53,922 nt of DNA from Trichomonas gallinae (Eukaryota), in assembly GCA_008369845.1 (NCBI GenBank), contig MRSU01008064.1, positions 1-53,922 of the forward strand, read 5' to 3'. The notes beneath the pieces are model-generated. The model was not told where the DNA came from. It did not search any database and was given only the letters and a program-made list of their open reading frames with translations. Positions 18,451 to 27,811 of the stretch are shown in pieces (positions within the stretch are counted from its first letter, which is position 1; every line of letters starts with the position of its first letter). Position numbers and translations under genes: made by a program.

Positions 18451-19180
18451 TTAGTAGATTTCGTCCAAGTAATCGTTTGTGACTTGGATTCTGGTGGCGA
18501 AAACCGTGAATATCATGTCGTATGGGGCGCCGACTGTTCTGAATTGAATTTCGTCACGAAAAAGTGAAGTGTTTACACTTTCAGATTTGTGGATAATTTC
18601 GGTGATTTTCACTTTGAATAGATCATCTCCAATGTGATCAATATAATATACCTCCTGGCCGACTTGGAATGCCTTCTCTGGGTTCATGAGGTCCTGAATC
18701 ATCTGACTTTTCTCCGGCTCGGAGCATGAGAATTATCCTGAAATTGTAATCGGCGATCACGGCTTTCTTGAAACTGGACGGCTGGTTGATATTTTGGGCG
18801 AGGATGGGGCACCAAGCGAGCAGAAGCTCGATGAGACTGAATGGGCACAATTGAGATTTCAAAGAGTTGAACGATTTGCGCAAAATTTCTTTGTCGTAGG
18901 CCTTGGATGGGGTAATACTGATGTTCTTTAGTTCGTATGTGCTGTGCTATGTACAAATTTCTAAGAAATTTTCGTATTCGCGGTGATTTGCTTCGAAATA
19001 CTCTGTTGCGAGCTAGTCATAGTCTTTTTTTGTTCTCTGTTTATTCGAAGAGTTTTCGTTTTTTTTTTTTTGCGTATAATTTGATAATTTTTAACAGATC
19101 AATGCCTTATTTACGCTGAACAAGTAGGAAACGAGAGTGCTGCTGAGGATGCCTAGGAATACTTTGCCTGATGAAGAAAT
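18451..19180 (-). pseudogene. Unknown-family pseudogene (family B) with C-terminal Tudor-knot/chromo-barrel-like domain
   Basis: Reassembled over frameshifts and stops: STLVSYLFSVNKALIC*KLSNY..KQRTKKDYD*LATEYFEANHRE..LKSQLCPFSLIELLLAWCPILAQ..SSFKKAVIADYNFR, then 'AFQVGQEVYYIDHIGDDLFKVKITEI' (MRG15-like). Homologous to 34395-34780. Confidence 0.65.
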
Positions 19181-19676
19181 TAATTGATTTAATTTTAATC
19201 GTACGACGATCTGATTCTCCTCATGATTGTCACAAATGGGTAACCCTTATCCCGATGATAAAATTTTCCCAATAACACCCTGCATTGCCAACAAGCGTAC
19301 TTACGTCGAATTGGAACCAATGGAAAGAAAATTTCTCCCCATTCTTTCAGACGTGGTGGCGCTCATCAGGCTGCGATTTCAGGTTGTCAAGACTCTTCCA
19401 TCAAAGTTCATGGTAGATGGAAGAGTCATTGCTCCCAAATGTAGACTTCATTATCCAGAGAGCAAGCTGACACTTTTATAACACCATATATATGAATAAA
19501 AATTATTTTAGACGTTTTGTTCGTTTAACTTTTGCTTTTGTTTGAGTTTAATTACTTGTTTTTGTTTGTATGATAGACTATAAAATCGTTTGCACTTCTG
19601 CTGCGAGATTCGATTCCAATTATCCATCATTGATTTACAGAGTCATATTGAGAAATGTCGACCTTAAAGAATATCC

Positions 19677-20346
19677 TTAATATTGTTTTCCATCTGAATT
19701 ATTATAGCAAATAATTGAAACAAAGCGTCTGATAATGAATCCGATTTTCCACGAGCTGTCTTTTTTGCATAGCGTAGCTTTAACTGCATTGAAAGTCTCA
19801 CAAAAATTTGTATGAATACCAGGTCGAATGAACTTATATAGTGGTGCTGTGTCATCTATGAATTCAAATATTTCATCTTTCTTTTCGCTTTCGTTAAATG
19901 ATGTCTTAGTGTTGTTCCACTTAACAATCTTTTGTTCTACATTTAGTTCCTTGTCATTTAGTATTGAGCGAAAAAGTTTCAAAAGGTCATCAATAATTTT
20001 CGATTTCTTTTTATCCCGACACAAAAAATTCAAAATTTTTCAATTTTATGAGTGAGACACGAGGTTACATTATACACTGATTCCATTGCGATCAAAAAAA
20101 ATTTTGTTTAAAATCTCGAATTTTTCGAAATTTCCGAAGTTACATGAAAAGTGCTCGGATGATGAAATTGAGGAAAAAGTTTAACGAGCAAAAGGTTTAC
20201 ATAGGCATGATGATACTCCTGGCCAATTTGCAGCTATCTTTTTCAATCTAGATATAGCTCAAAATCTCAATCTATATTCTGGGGAAAACGATTATCCGCA
20301 TCGTCCTCTCAAAAATTGAGTGGATTTTTGGCCGCAGAGCGGACCC
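19677..20346 (-). mobile_element. Kolobok-like transposon remnant (C-terminal transposase fragment plus one terminus)
   Basis: 'GIHTNFCETFNAVKATLCKKDSSWKIGFIIRRFVSIICYNN' fits the TNxxExFNxxxxxxxxK...R...N motif of Kolobok/Mutator-like DDE enzymes. The minus-strand start TTAA|GGGTCCGCTCTGCGGCC at 20350-20330 fits Kolobok RR termini and a TTAA target site. The other end was not found. Confidence 0.6.
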
Positions 20347-20577
20347 TTAAGAAAAATTGTATGGAAAATCGGCAAAATGTAATAATTTTATCATAATTTT
20401 CGTGCCATTATTATATTCATGTGTATGGTGTTGTTACTTTACATGAAAAAAACTCGACAAAAATTTAATGAGGTGAAATCAAAAGTGACATCAGGAGGAT
20501 AAAGAAAAATTAATAGTGTTTGTTTAAATGCTTGCTAGATATGAAATGAAATGGTCAATTTTGTCAAAAATCGATTT

Positions 20578-20586
20578 GTCACTTTT
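20578..20586 (+). promoter_or_regulatory. Initiator (Inr) element of the TOR gene
   Basis: GTCACTTTT ending 8 nt before the ATG at 20595; matches the trichomonad TCAYW Inr. Confidence 0.7.
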
Positions 20587-20594
20587 ATACAAAA

Positions 20595-23500
20595 ATGCTA
20601 CAAATTTGTGATATTTTCGCCATTGTAGATTCAGATCAAATTTTGGACTACAAATCATGGAAGTCCAGGCGAAAATACATCATTAATTTGGTTGGCCCGA
20701 AAATATTCCTACTTTCAGAAAATGATTTAATATCTACATTTTCTGCATGGGAAAAAAGTATACACGCAGCAGCAAATTCGGATAAGCAGCGAGTGCAGAT
20801 GAATTTGTTAATGGCATTTTCAATTTTAAGCCATTTTCAAGATAATGTCGATCAAATAAAACGATTGATTAACTATCCTACATCTCTACTGTCAAATAAA
20901 GTATTAGATGTATCCAATGCAGCTTCAAAAACTCTGTATTGGATTGCGTTTGAACTTACAGATTCTGGAATTATTTTTCGAGATCCAATATCTACTGCAT
21001 TTGAATGGATTGAACATAAACCAAAACTTATACTTAATGCATTATCATTATTAAAACGAACGAGAAAATTTAATTTAAGTTACGTAATAAATTCAATTAT
21101 CAAAAAATTCAATGTTATTTTTCAATATGCAGTATCTGACGATCCTGCAACTCGATTACTTGCAGCTCAGGTGATTTCATACAATGTTCAAGCTTTAGAT
21201 TCGCAAACATCACAAACATATATTTCAGCACCTTTTTACACTTGCGAGAACTTCGTTTTACAGAATAAAACGCCCCAAGCACAAGGGCCTATAAAAATAT
21301 TAAGAGCGATAATTCCCTTATATCCACACTTAATAATTCCAAGATCCGACCAATTTATCAAAGCTATCATCGACTTTATATCAAATTCCTATGATGATTT
21401 ATCATTGGAAGCCTTACTAATGACAATCGACGTGGCAAAAACAAACATTTTTCGCTTTACTGATGATCATCTCAAAGTTATATTCAATTCGCTATGCATA
21501 AAATGTCTGAAAAGTAACAATCCGACACCTTTCTTCAAAATTTTAGATAATTTTATACGATTTTTCAAGCCCCATATATTATTGGCAATGCTTATAGAAT
21601 TCGTATATAAAACACTACTAAATCCAAGTGTAAGAAAAATTACGACAAATGGTTTAATGATTTTATCGACTATTTTTGAACTGTTTCCAGAAGCAAAAAT
21701 ACGTGCTGAGGCATTGAAAGATATTTATCCATGCGATAATTTCATCAAATGTCTCAAAATACGAATGGCTTTAGTGAATCAAATTAGACCTTATTTAATC
21801 TCAATAATGCAAAAAGGACTTTCACCAAAGGCTCCAGAGGCATCAATAATTATGGCTCTTAAGCTCATACAAGCGTTTCCACTCAATTTATTCGAGAAAA
21901 GATCGAAATTATTATCTGCGATTCAGCCATTGATGGAATGCACGCAAGAATCTATCAAAATTGAGCTCATGAAGACATTCGCCACAATAAAAACGTCAGA
22001 TTCGCTTTCAATTATTCTCATCACTGCGTTATATGATCCATGCGAAGAAGTTCGCCTCGCATCGATAAAAGCGCTTGAACCGACCGAAGAAACATCATTC
22101 TACAAGAATTTGCTGCTCACTCTAAATGATCCCTCATTCAGCGTCCGTCGTGAAGCGTTGAAACTCGTTTCAGAGCTCGCGGAATATAATCCTTTCGAAA
22201 TCAATCCACCATTGATGGAATATGCAAGATTCATCATCACTGCAATGAAATCTATTACTGATATACAACTATCTAGTCAATACGCATCTTTGCTACCAAT
22301 AATTGCTGAGAAAATGCCAAATAACTTAATTTCATTAGTTCCGAATATTATATCTTTATGTTTAGATTTTCTTTCGCACGATACTAAGACAGATGACATA
22401 CAGACTGTACAAGCTGATGATTTCAGAGATCCACAAAGTTTTACATCGGATCTTGATAAATTCAAAAAATCTGAGCCAAAGCGCTATAAAGTTTATTCTA
22501 TAATAAACCAGCAGCACTTCGATGCACGTGATGCCTATCTATTAGATACACTCGCAATTCTCGGTCAGCGCGTTGAACCATATGTGCAGAGAGTTTTAGT
22601 AGTTTTTTATCACGTTTTCACTACTAGGAGATCATCAGAATTGCTAGAAAAAGCTGTGAATAGTTTAGCACTGCTCGCATCCAATATTTCTACAGGATTG
22701 AATATTAGACTCCACTATCCACAAATTATTTCAGCTTTGATGAAATTGTTGTCAGCGAGAAAAGGCAAGAAAGTTTCCATAGCAATACTAAAACTTCTTG
22801 GCACTGCTTGCGACATCAGTAATTTGCCAAATGATCATCTAGACGAAGAATCTCAGACGCAGTCAACATTGAACATGAAGCATCCAGGGTACTTCACTAA
22901 TTTCACTCTTTCGCATTTAGTTCCTTATTTCGATCAGCCTTCAATGCCACTTTTCGAAGCCGTCGCAATGATCTTCGATTCATCGAATATTTCAGCTTCT
23001 TACGCAGAGAAAATCATTCCAGCTTTTATAAATGGAATAGAAAATGCTGCTGACTCAAAAGCGAGAGATACTTTGTTCATGCAGCTCAACTGGATAACAT
23101 CGCAATGCCCAAGAGAAACACTGATGTTTTTGCCGCAACTTTCACTAACAGCGAAAAAGTTTTTGAACACGACATCATGCATGACATTTTTAGTCACACT
23201 ATCATATAACTTGATTGGCTCTTTCAGTGAAAGCGCCAAGACCCTCTACATCCCTGCTTTGCATATGATACCAGTAGCTAATGATGAAATTTACTTGAAG
23301 AATCTTTTGACTTTCATATGTTATGCAATAATTTTCCAAAATCAGCCTTTCGAGTTATTTGCTGCTTCAATCGAATCTATTCCATGCGAAAGGATGCCAT
23401 CATTTTACATCGCAAGACTTTGCAAAGCCATATCTCTTCTTGTACAGAATGTTGATTTGGCAATGTATCAAAGCAGAATTGCTTTAATCGTCAATCGATT

Positions 23501-26500
23501 TATTATAGCTGCACCTGTCAAAAGTGATGTGTTCGAACTTTGCTATGCCTCAGTTGTTTATCTTGGGCTGCCGTTGAATATAGTGGAATTCTGGTCTGTC
23601 ACTTATGGAACAACTCTTCCTTATATCAATGTTTTAAGGAGTGCAATGAATTCACAAGAAGTTGTTGACGCGAAAAGTTTTGATTTCATTAAGAAACGCA
23701 AGCCGATAGTTCCTCAAATCCAAATTAACATACCTCAACAATCATCGAGCGATGACATATTCACAGGATTGGTTACACCTGACGATCTCAACATCAGCAA
23801 GTGGCTGGATGAACTCTGTGAAAGAGTCATCCAATGCTCACCGAGCCCTGCAATTCGATCATGCAGGACTGTCATCAGCCTTCTTAGCACTTTCAGACAG
23901 GAACTCTTCCCAATTGCTTTCTTCTCATGCTGGCTGAAAGCCGACAAACGCCAAAGAGAGTATTTCAGCGCAATTGTCAACAAGATTATAACTCATAGCG
24001 CTCAAATTGATCCATTCTTCGCGAAAGTCGCTGAAATATTGGACAGAGCGAATGAGCCACTTCTAATATCAGACAGAGTGATTGCTAAATGCTGTGATTC
24101 AAGGCCGCTCAAACTATACTTCACTCAGCGACTCTACAGAGACAATACAACGGATCCTTCAGTCGTTGATACATTGATGAGACTCAACACATCAATGGGC
24201 AGACTTTCGTCAGCGAGAGGCCTTCTAGTTGATGCTAAAGAAACACTTGCTATTGAAAGTGCAGGCAAATGGAGCGAAATGCTTGGCAAATGGGACAATG
24301 CTTTGGAGATTTACAAGAAAGATGACGAAAATAATCCAAATCTTATTACCGTTTACTCCAACTTAGAACAATGGCAGAATATCATTGATTTCGAGCCAAT
24401 GTTCGAACAAATGAGCAGAGAAGATCAGCAGAGATTTGCTGCCCATTTCGCGTTGGCTTTCTTCCAGGTCGGAGAATTGAATAGAGCTGAGTATTTCATG
24501 TCATTCTTCCCAGCAGAACTTTCCCTCAACGAAATTTTCTTCCAAGCAGTTTTCTACACGAGAACTGCCAAGCTTGATGCAGCTGAAGCAGCAGTCAACA
24601 AAGGCCTACTTGCGTTAGCCCAAGATACAACAGCTTACTCAAGCGGTGATGCTTACAGAGTTCATCAAAACATCACTTACGCGCAAACATTCGTCGAGCT
24701 CCAAGAAGTTATTGACACAAAAAGATCAACGAAGAAAATCAACACGCAAATCGCTGACTCGATTTGGTCGAAACGCCTGACTGGATTCAAGAGAGATTCC
24801 GATGGATGGATTAAGCTAATTCGTGTCCGTTCATTAGTCGCATTCCAGGATCAATACACATCAGTCTACTTGAGATTGATCAGCGTCTTGAGGAAGGAAA
24901 GATGCTGGAAGCTCATTGACACTTATTTCGACAGATTTTTCAGCGGATCAATTTTACCTGAAGTAGAGTTTGCGCAGTCAAAGATTTTGTGGGCAAGAGG
25001 GAGAAGAAATGAAGCAATAGAAAACTTGAAGTACTTGATTGGTATTTTGTCGATGAAAGATGAGCAAAGCTTCTTGACGTTAATCGAAATGGTTAAAAGC
25101 CAGAAAGTTCCAAGTATTCTAGCATCTTTCTTCTCATTGAATCTCGTCGATGCAGAATTAACGAAAGAAATTCGCTCGCAGCTTCCTCATGAACCATCGA
25201 AAGGAAACCTCAAGAACACAGTCAAAGCATTGCCACTTGATGCTCAATATAAACTATTCCTCAATATTTCAAGGAACAACCCAACGAAGATCCTCAACAT
25301 GTGCACGCAGAGCTTCCAGCTTGGAAAGCTTAAACAACAATTCAGATCAAATGTTCATAGAATGCTTGCAACTTATATAGCTTTCCAAGATGATTTGTCT
25401 ATAGAATCGATGCACGAAGTTCTTTCGCTTTTCGAGAAATCAAAGAGTGAAAGCATGGATGACTACAGGGCATGGCTCGGATGGGCTTATGCTAACGCTA
25501 GACTCATCAACAGCAGCCCTGACCAGAAAGATATTTATTCGTACAACGCTGTCACTGGCTTCTTGAAAGCAACGCAACTTACGAACAAAGGAACAATCGA
25601 ATATCTTTGTCAAATGTTTTCAATTTTCTTCCAGATGAACAACTCGACACTAGTCAACACAGATCTTTTGCAGAAACTCAGCAGTTTGCCTCCAGCAGAT
25701 ATAAATCAAATTATTCCGCAAATCACTGTTCAAATTGCACACAACGATGAAGTAATAAGAAATGCTGTCCATAATATTCTCAAATCATTCGGTCGTGAGC
25801 ATTTCCAAGCACTATTCTTCCCATTGAAGTTGTACGAAAACTGCCAGAACAACGAAAAAGCGCAAATTGCAAGAGAGCTGTTGAGAGAACTCGCAGTCAA
25901 TCATGTTGAAGCGGCAGCTGACGCAGAACTGTTTGTCGATGGATTGCTCAGGTCAGCGTCAAGTTGGTTCGAAGAGTGGATGACGAGCATTGACTTGGCG
26001 TCGCGCGCTGATCACGAGCACAACAAGGCGAAGATGGAGGCAATTTTGAACAGGCAATTCACTAAATACCAAAATCCGAAGTGCGATCTCGACAGATGGT
26101 TCGTGAAAATGCATGATCAACTGATCCAGCAGGCAAAGAACTGCTTCAATCAGAATACTCCTGAATCTAGAAGGATGATGTGGGATATTTTCAGGCATAT
26201 TTTCCAGCAGTTAACTGAAAGAGTCAAGAAACTCGATTTAATTCTTTTGCCAAAAGTTTCTGAGCAATTGGCAACAAAAGTCGGTTTCAAGATTGTTATT
26301 CCTGGCACATACTCATTCACACACAAAGTTCCCCTACTCAATCGCATAGAACCAGCTCTCCAAGTCCTCAGCACGCAGCAGCATCCAAGATGTGTTTTGA
26401 TGGTCGATAGCAATGGAAAAACTCTCAAATTCTTGCTCAAAGGCAATGAAGACTTGAGACTCGATCAGCGTGTTATGCAATTTTTCGTTTTGATCAATTC

Positions 26501-27377
26501 ACTTTTGAATTCAAGTCGTGCAAAGAGAGAAATTCCCGCACAAATCCTTCAATACGCAATTATTCCTTTAGCACCAACGGCTGGCCTCATTTCCTGGGTC
26601 ACAGGAGCTGACACTCTACACCAGATGATCTGCGATATGAGAGTCGCGAAAGGAATGTCACTTTCGACAGAGATGGAAGTTATATCGCGAGCTGTTGGCA
26701 GTGTTTATCCGCATCTCACAAAACTACAACTTCTCGAACAATTCCATGTTGTCGCAAATGTTTGTCAGGCAACTGAAATCAGAGACGCTCTGTGGATGAG
26801 AGCACCAAACGCTGCTGCTTGGCTTGTAAGGAACAGAAACTTCACTGTTACTAACGCTTTGATGTCAATGGTCGGATATATAATAGGTCTTGGCGACAGG
26901 CATCCTTCAAACATTATGGTACAGAAAGACACTGGCCGCGTCATTCACATTGATTTCGGTGACTCATTCGAAACAGCAGTTACTAGGCCAAACTATCCAG
27001 AAAAGGTTCCGTTTAGATTGACGAGGATGATTGTCAGTGCATTCGACAACGGATCTGTCGAAGGAATGTTCAGAAGTGCGTGCGAGGATGTTATGTGGAT
27101 GCTGAGAGACAACATGAGCCCGATTGTCGCACAACTAGAGATTTTCATTCACGAACCGCTTGACGAGGACAGCATGTCATCACAGAAGACATCTTCAAGG
27201 CAAATTGTTGACAGAGTCATATCAAAGCTCAACGGAAGAGATTCGCTCTATGCAGACATTATGATCGAAGATGACAAAGATCTGAATGTCGAAGAGCATG
27301 TTACATCACTTATTAGAATTGCTGCTGATCCAGCAAGGTATATCACTCACTACGCTGGCTGGTGTCCATTCTGGTAA
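20595..27377 (+). CDS. TOR: Target of rapamycin (TOR) PIKK-family kinase
   Basis: HEAT repeats; FAT region ('ELFPIAFFSCW', 'IIPQITVQI'); FRB ('WFEEW...ASR', 'WDIFRHIF'); kinase motifs 'FLLKGNEDLRLDQRVMQ', 'GLGDRHPSN', 'HIDFGD', 'PEKVPFRLTRM'; FATC ending 'YAGWCPFW'. Confidence 0.96.
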   Translation: MLQICDIFAIVDSDQILDYKSWKSRRKYIINLVGPKIFLLSENDLISTFSAWEKSIHAAANSDKQRVQMNLLMAFSILSHFQDNVDQIKRLINYPTSLLSNKVLDVSNAASKTLYWIAFELTDSGIIFRDPISTAFEWIEHKPKLILNALSLLKRTRKFNLSYVINSIIKKFNVIFQYAVSDDPATRLLAAQVISYNVQALDSQTSQTYISAPFYTCENFVLQNKTPQAQGPIKILRAIIPLYPHLIIPRSDQFIKAIIDFISNSYDDLSLEALLMTIDVAKTNIFRFTDDHLKVIFNSLCIKCLKSNNPTPFFKILDNFIRFFKPHILLAMLIEFVYKTLLNPSVRKITTNGLMILSTIFELFPEAKIRAEALKDIYPCDNFIKCLKIRMALVNQIRPYLISIMQKGLSPKAPEASIIMALKLIQAFPLNLFEKRSKLLSAIQPLMECTQESIKIELMKTFATIKTSDSLSIILITALYDPCEEVRLASIKALEPTEETSFYKNLLLTLNDPSFSVRREALKLVSELAEYNPFEINPPLMEYARFIITAMKSITDIQLSSQYASLLPIIAEKMPNNLISLVPNIISLCLDFLSHDTKTDDIQTVQADDFRDPQSFTSDLDKFKKSEPKRYKVYSIINQQHFDARDAYLLDTLAILGQRVEPYVQRVLVVFYHVFTTRRSSELLEKAVNSLALLASNISTGLNIRLHYPQIISALMKLLSARKGKKVSIAILKLLGTACDISNLPNDHLDEESQTQSTLNMKHPGYFTNFTLSHLVPYFDQPSMPLFEAVAMIFDSSNISASYAEKIIPAFINGIENAADSKARDTLFMQLNWITSQCPRETLMFLPQLSLTAKKFLNTTSCMTFLVTLSYNLIGSFSESAKTLYIPALHMIPVANDEIYLKNLLTFICYAIIFQNQPFELFAASIESIPCERMPSFYIARLCKAISLLVQNVDLAMYQSRIALIVNRFIIAAPVKSDVFELCYASVVYLGLPLNIVEFWSVTYGTTLPYINVLRSAMNSQEVVDAKSFDFIKKRKPIVPQIQINIPQQSSSDDIFTGLVTPDDLNISKWLDELCERVIQCSPSPAIRSCRTVISLLSTFRQELFPIAFFSCWLKADKRQREYFSAIVNKIITHSAQIDPFFAKVAEILDRANEPLLISDRVIAKCCDSRPLKLYFTQRLYRDNTTDPSVVDTLMRLNTSMGRLSSARGLLVDAKETLAIESAGKWSEMLGKWDNALEIYKKDDENNPNLITVYSNLEQWQNIIDFEPMFEQMSREDQQRFAAHFALAFFQVGELNRAEYFMSFFPAELSLNEIFFQAVFYTRTAKLDAAEAAVNKGLLALAQDTTAYSSGDAYRVHQNITYAQTFVELQEVIDTKRSTKKINTQIADSIWSKRLTGFKRDSDGWIKLIRVRSLVAFQDQYTSVYLRLISVLRKERCWKLIDTYFDRFFSGSILPEVEFAQSKILWARGRRNEAIENLKYLIGILSMKDEQSFLTLIEMVKSQKVPSILASFFSLNLVDAELTKEIRSQLPHEPSKGNLKNTVKALPLDAQYKLFLNISRNNPTKILNMCTQSFQLGKLKQQFRSNVHRMLATYIAFQDDLSIESMHEVLSLFEKSKSESMDDYRAWLGWAYANARLINSSPDQKDIYSYNAVTGFLKATQLTNKGTIEYLCQMFSIFFQMNNSTLVNTDLLQKLSSLPPADINQIIPQITVQIAHNDEVIRNAVHNILKSFGREHFQALFFPLKLYENCQNNEKAQIARELLRELAVNHVEAAADAELFVDGLLRSASSWFEEWMTSIDLASRADHEHNKAKMEAILNRQFTKYQNPKCDLDRWFVKMHDQLIQQAKNCFNQNTPESRRMMWDIFRHIFQQLTERVKKLDLILLPKVSEQLATKVGFKIVIPGTYSFTHKVPLLNRIEPALQVLSTQQHPRCVLMVDSNGKTLKFLLKGNEDLRLDQRVMQFFVLINSLLNSSRAKREIPAQILQYAIIPLAPTAGLISWVTGADTLHQMICDMRVAKGMSLSTEMEVISRAVGSVYPHLTKLQLLEQFHVVANVCQATEIRDALWMRAPNAAAWLVRNRNFTVTNALMSMVGYIIGLGDRHPSNIMVQKDTGRVIHIDFGDSFETAVTRPNYPEKVPFRLTRMIVSAFDNGSVEGMFRSACEDVMWMLRDNMSPIVAQLEIFIHEPLDEDSMSSQKTSSRQIVDRVISKLNGRDSLYADIMIEDDKDLNVEEHVTSLIRIAADPARYITHYAGWCPFW

Positions 27378-27811
27378 TCAGTCTTGCCATTTATTTTTGT
27401 TTATATGTATATTTTTTGTTATTTGTAAAAATCTTGTATTTTTATCTACAAATCTTTGTCCAAAAAATACATAAATCAGTTATACAATATTATAGTAATG
27501 CTCACTATCATGATACTAATCATACTTTAAGAATTTTAGTCATTTAATGCTTGAAGAGACTTCAATGGATTACGAATTAATTTTTTGTCTTTCAAGATAT
27601 TGGTATATGAACATCAATGGTTTATGTCAACATTCGTATTCTAATGTTTCTTTTCTGATTGATTTAGCTGAGTTTTATTGATTGATGATTTGTTTTTTCT
27701 AATATAATCATAATGGTAAAATTATTTAAAGAGTGTTGTCTCGAATTCCTTTAATGATGATAAAATAGAATAATAAATGTTTTATAAATAACAAAAAAAT
27801 TACAAACAAAA

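Larger units (their letters stand above)
17039..20350. mobile_element. Decayed mosaic transposon island 1
   Basis: 3.3 kb without an intact gene. Broken frames resemble MULE and Kolobok transposases plus a Tudor-knot-containing pseudogene. Clustered inverted repeats lie at the left edge and GGACCC|TTAA at the right edge. Confidence 0.7.

Noticed and set aside
19227..19481. Plus-strand 84-aa ORF with MGN...F.I...IA similarity to 33698-33886
   Set aside because: The similarity is too short to trust, and the coding strand of this segment is ambiguous.
493..27377. ATG8 and TOR in one window as an autophagy cluster
   Set aside because: They are 20 kb apart with unrelated genes between them, and nothing indicates functional clustering.
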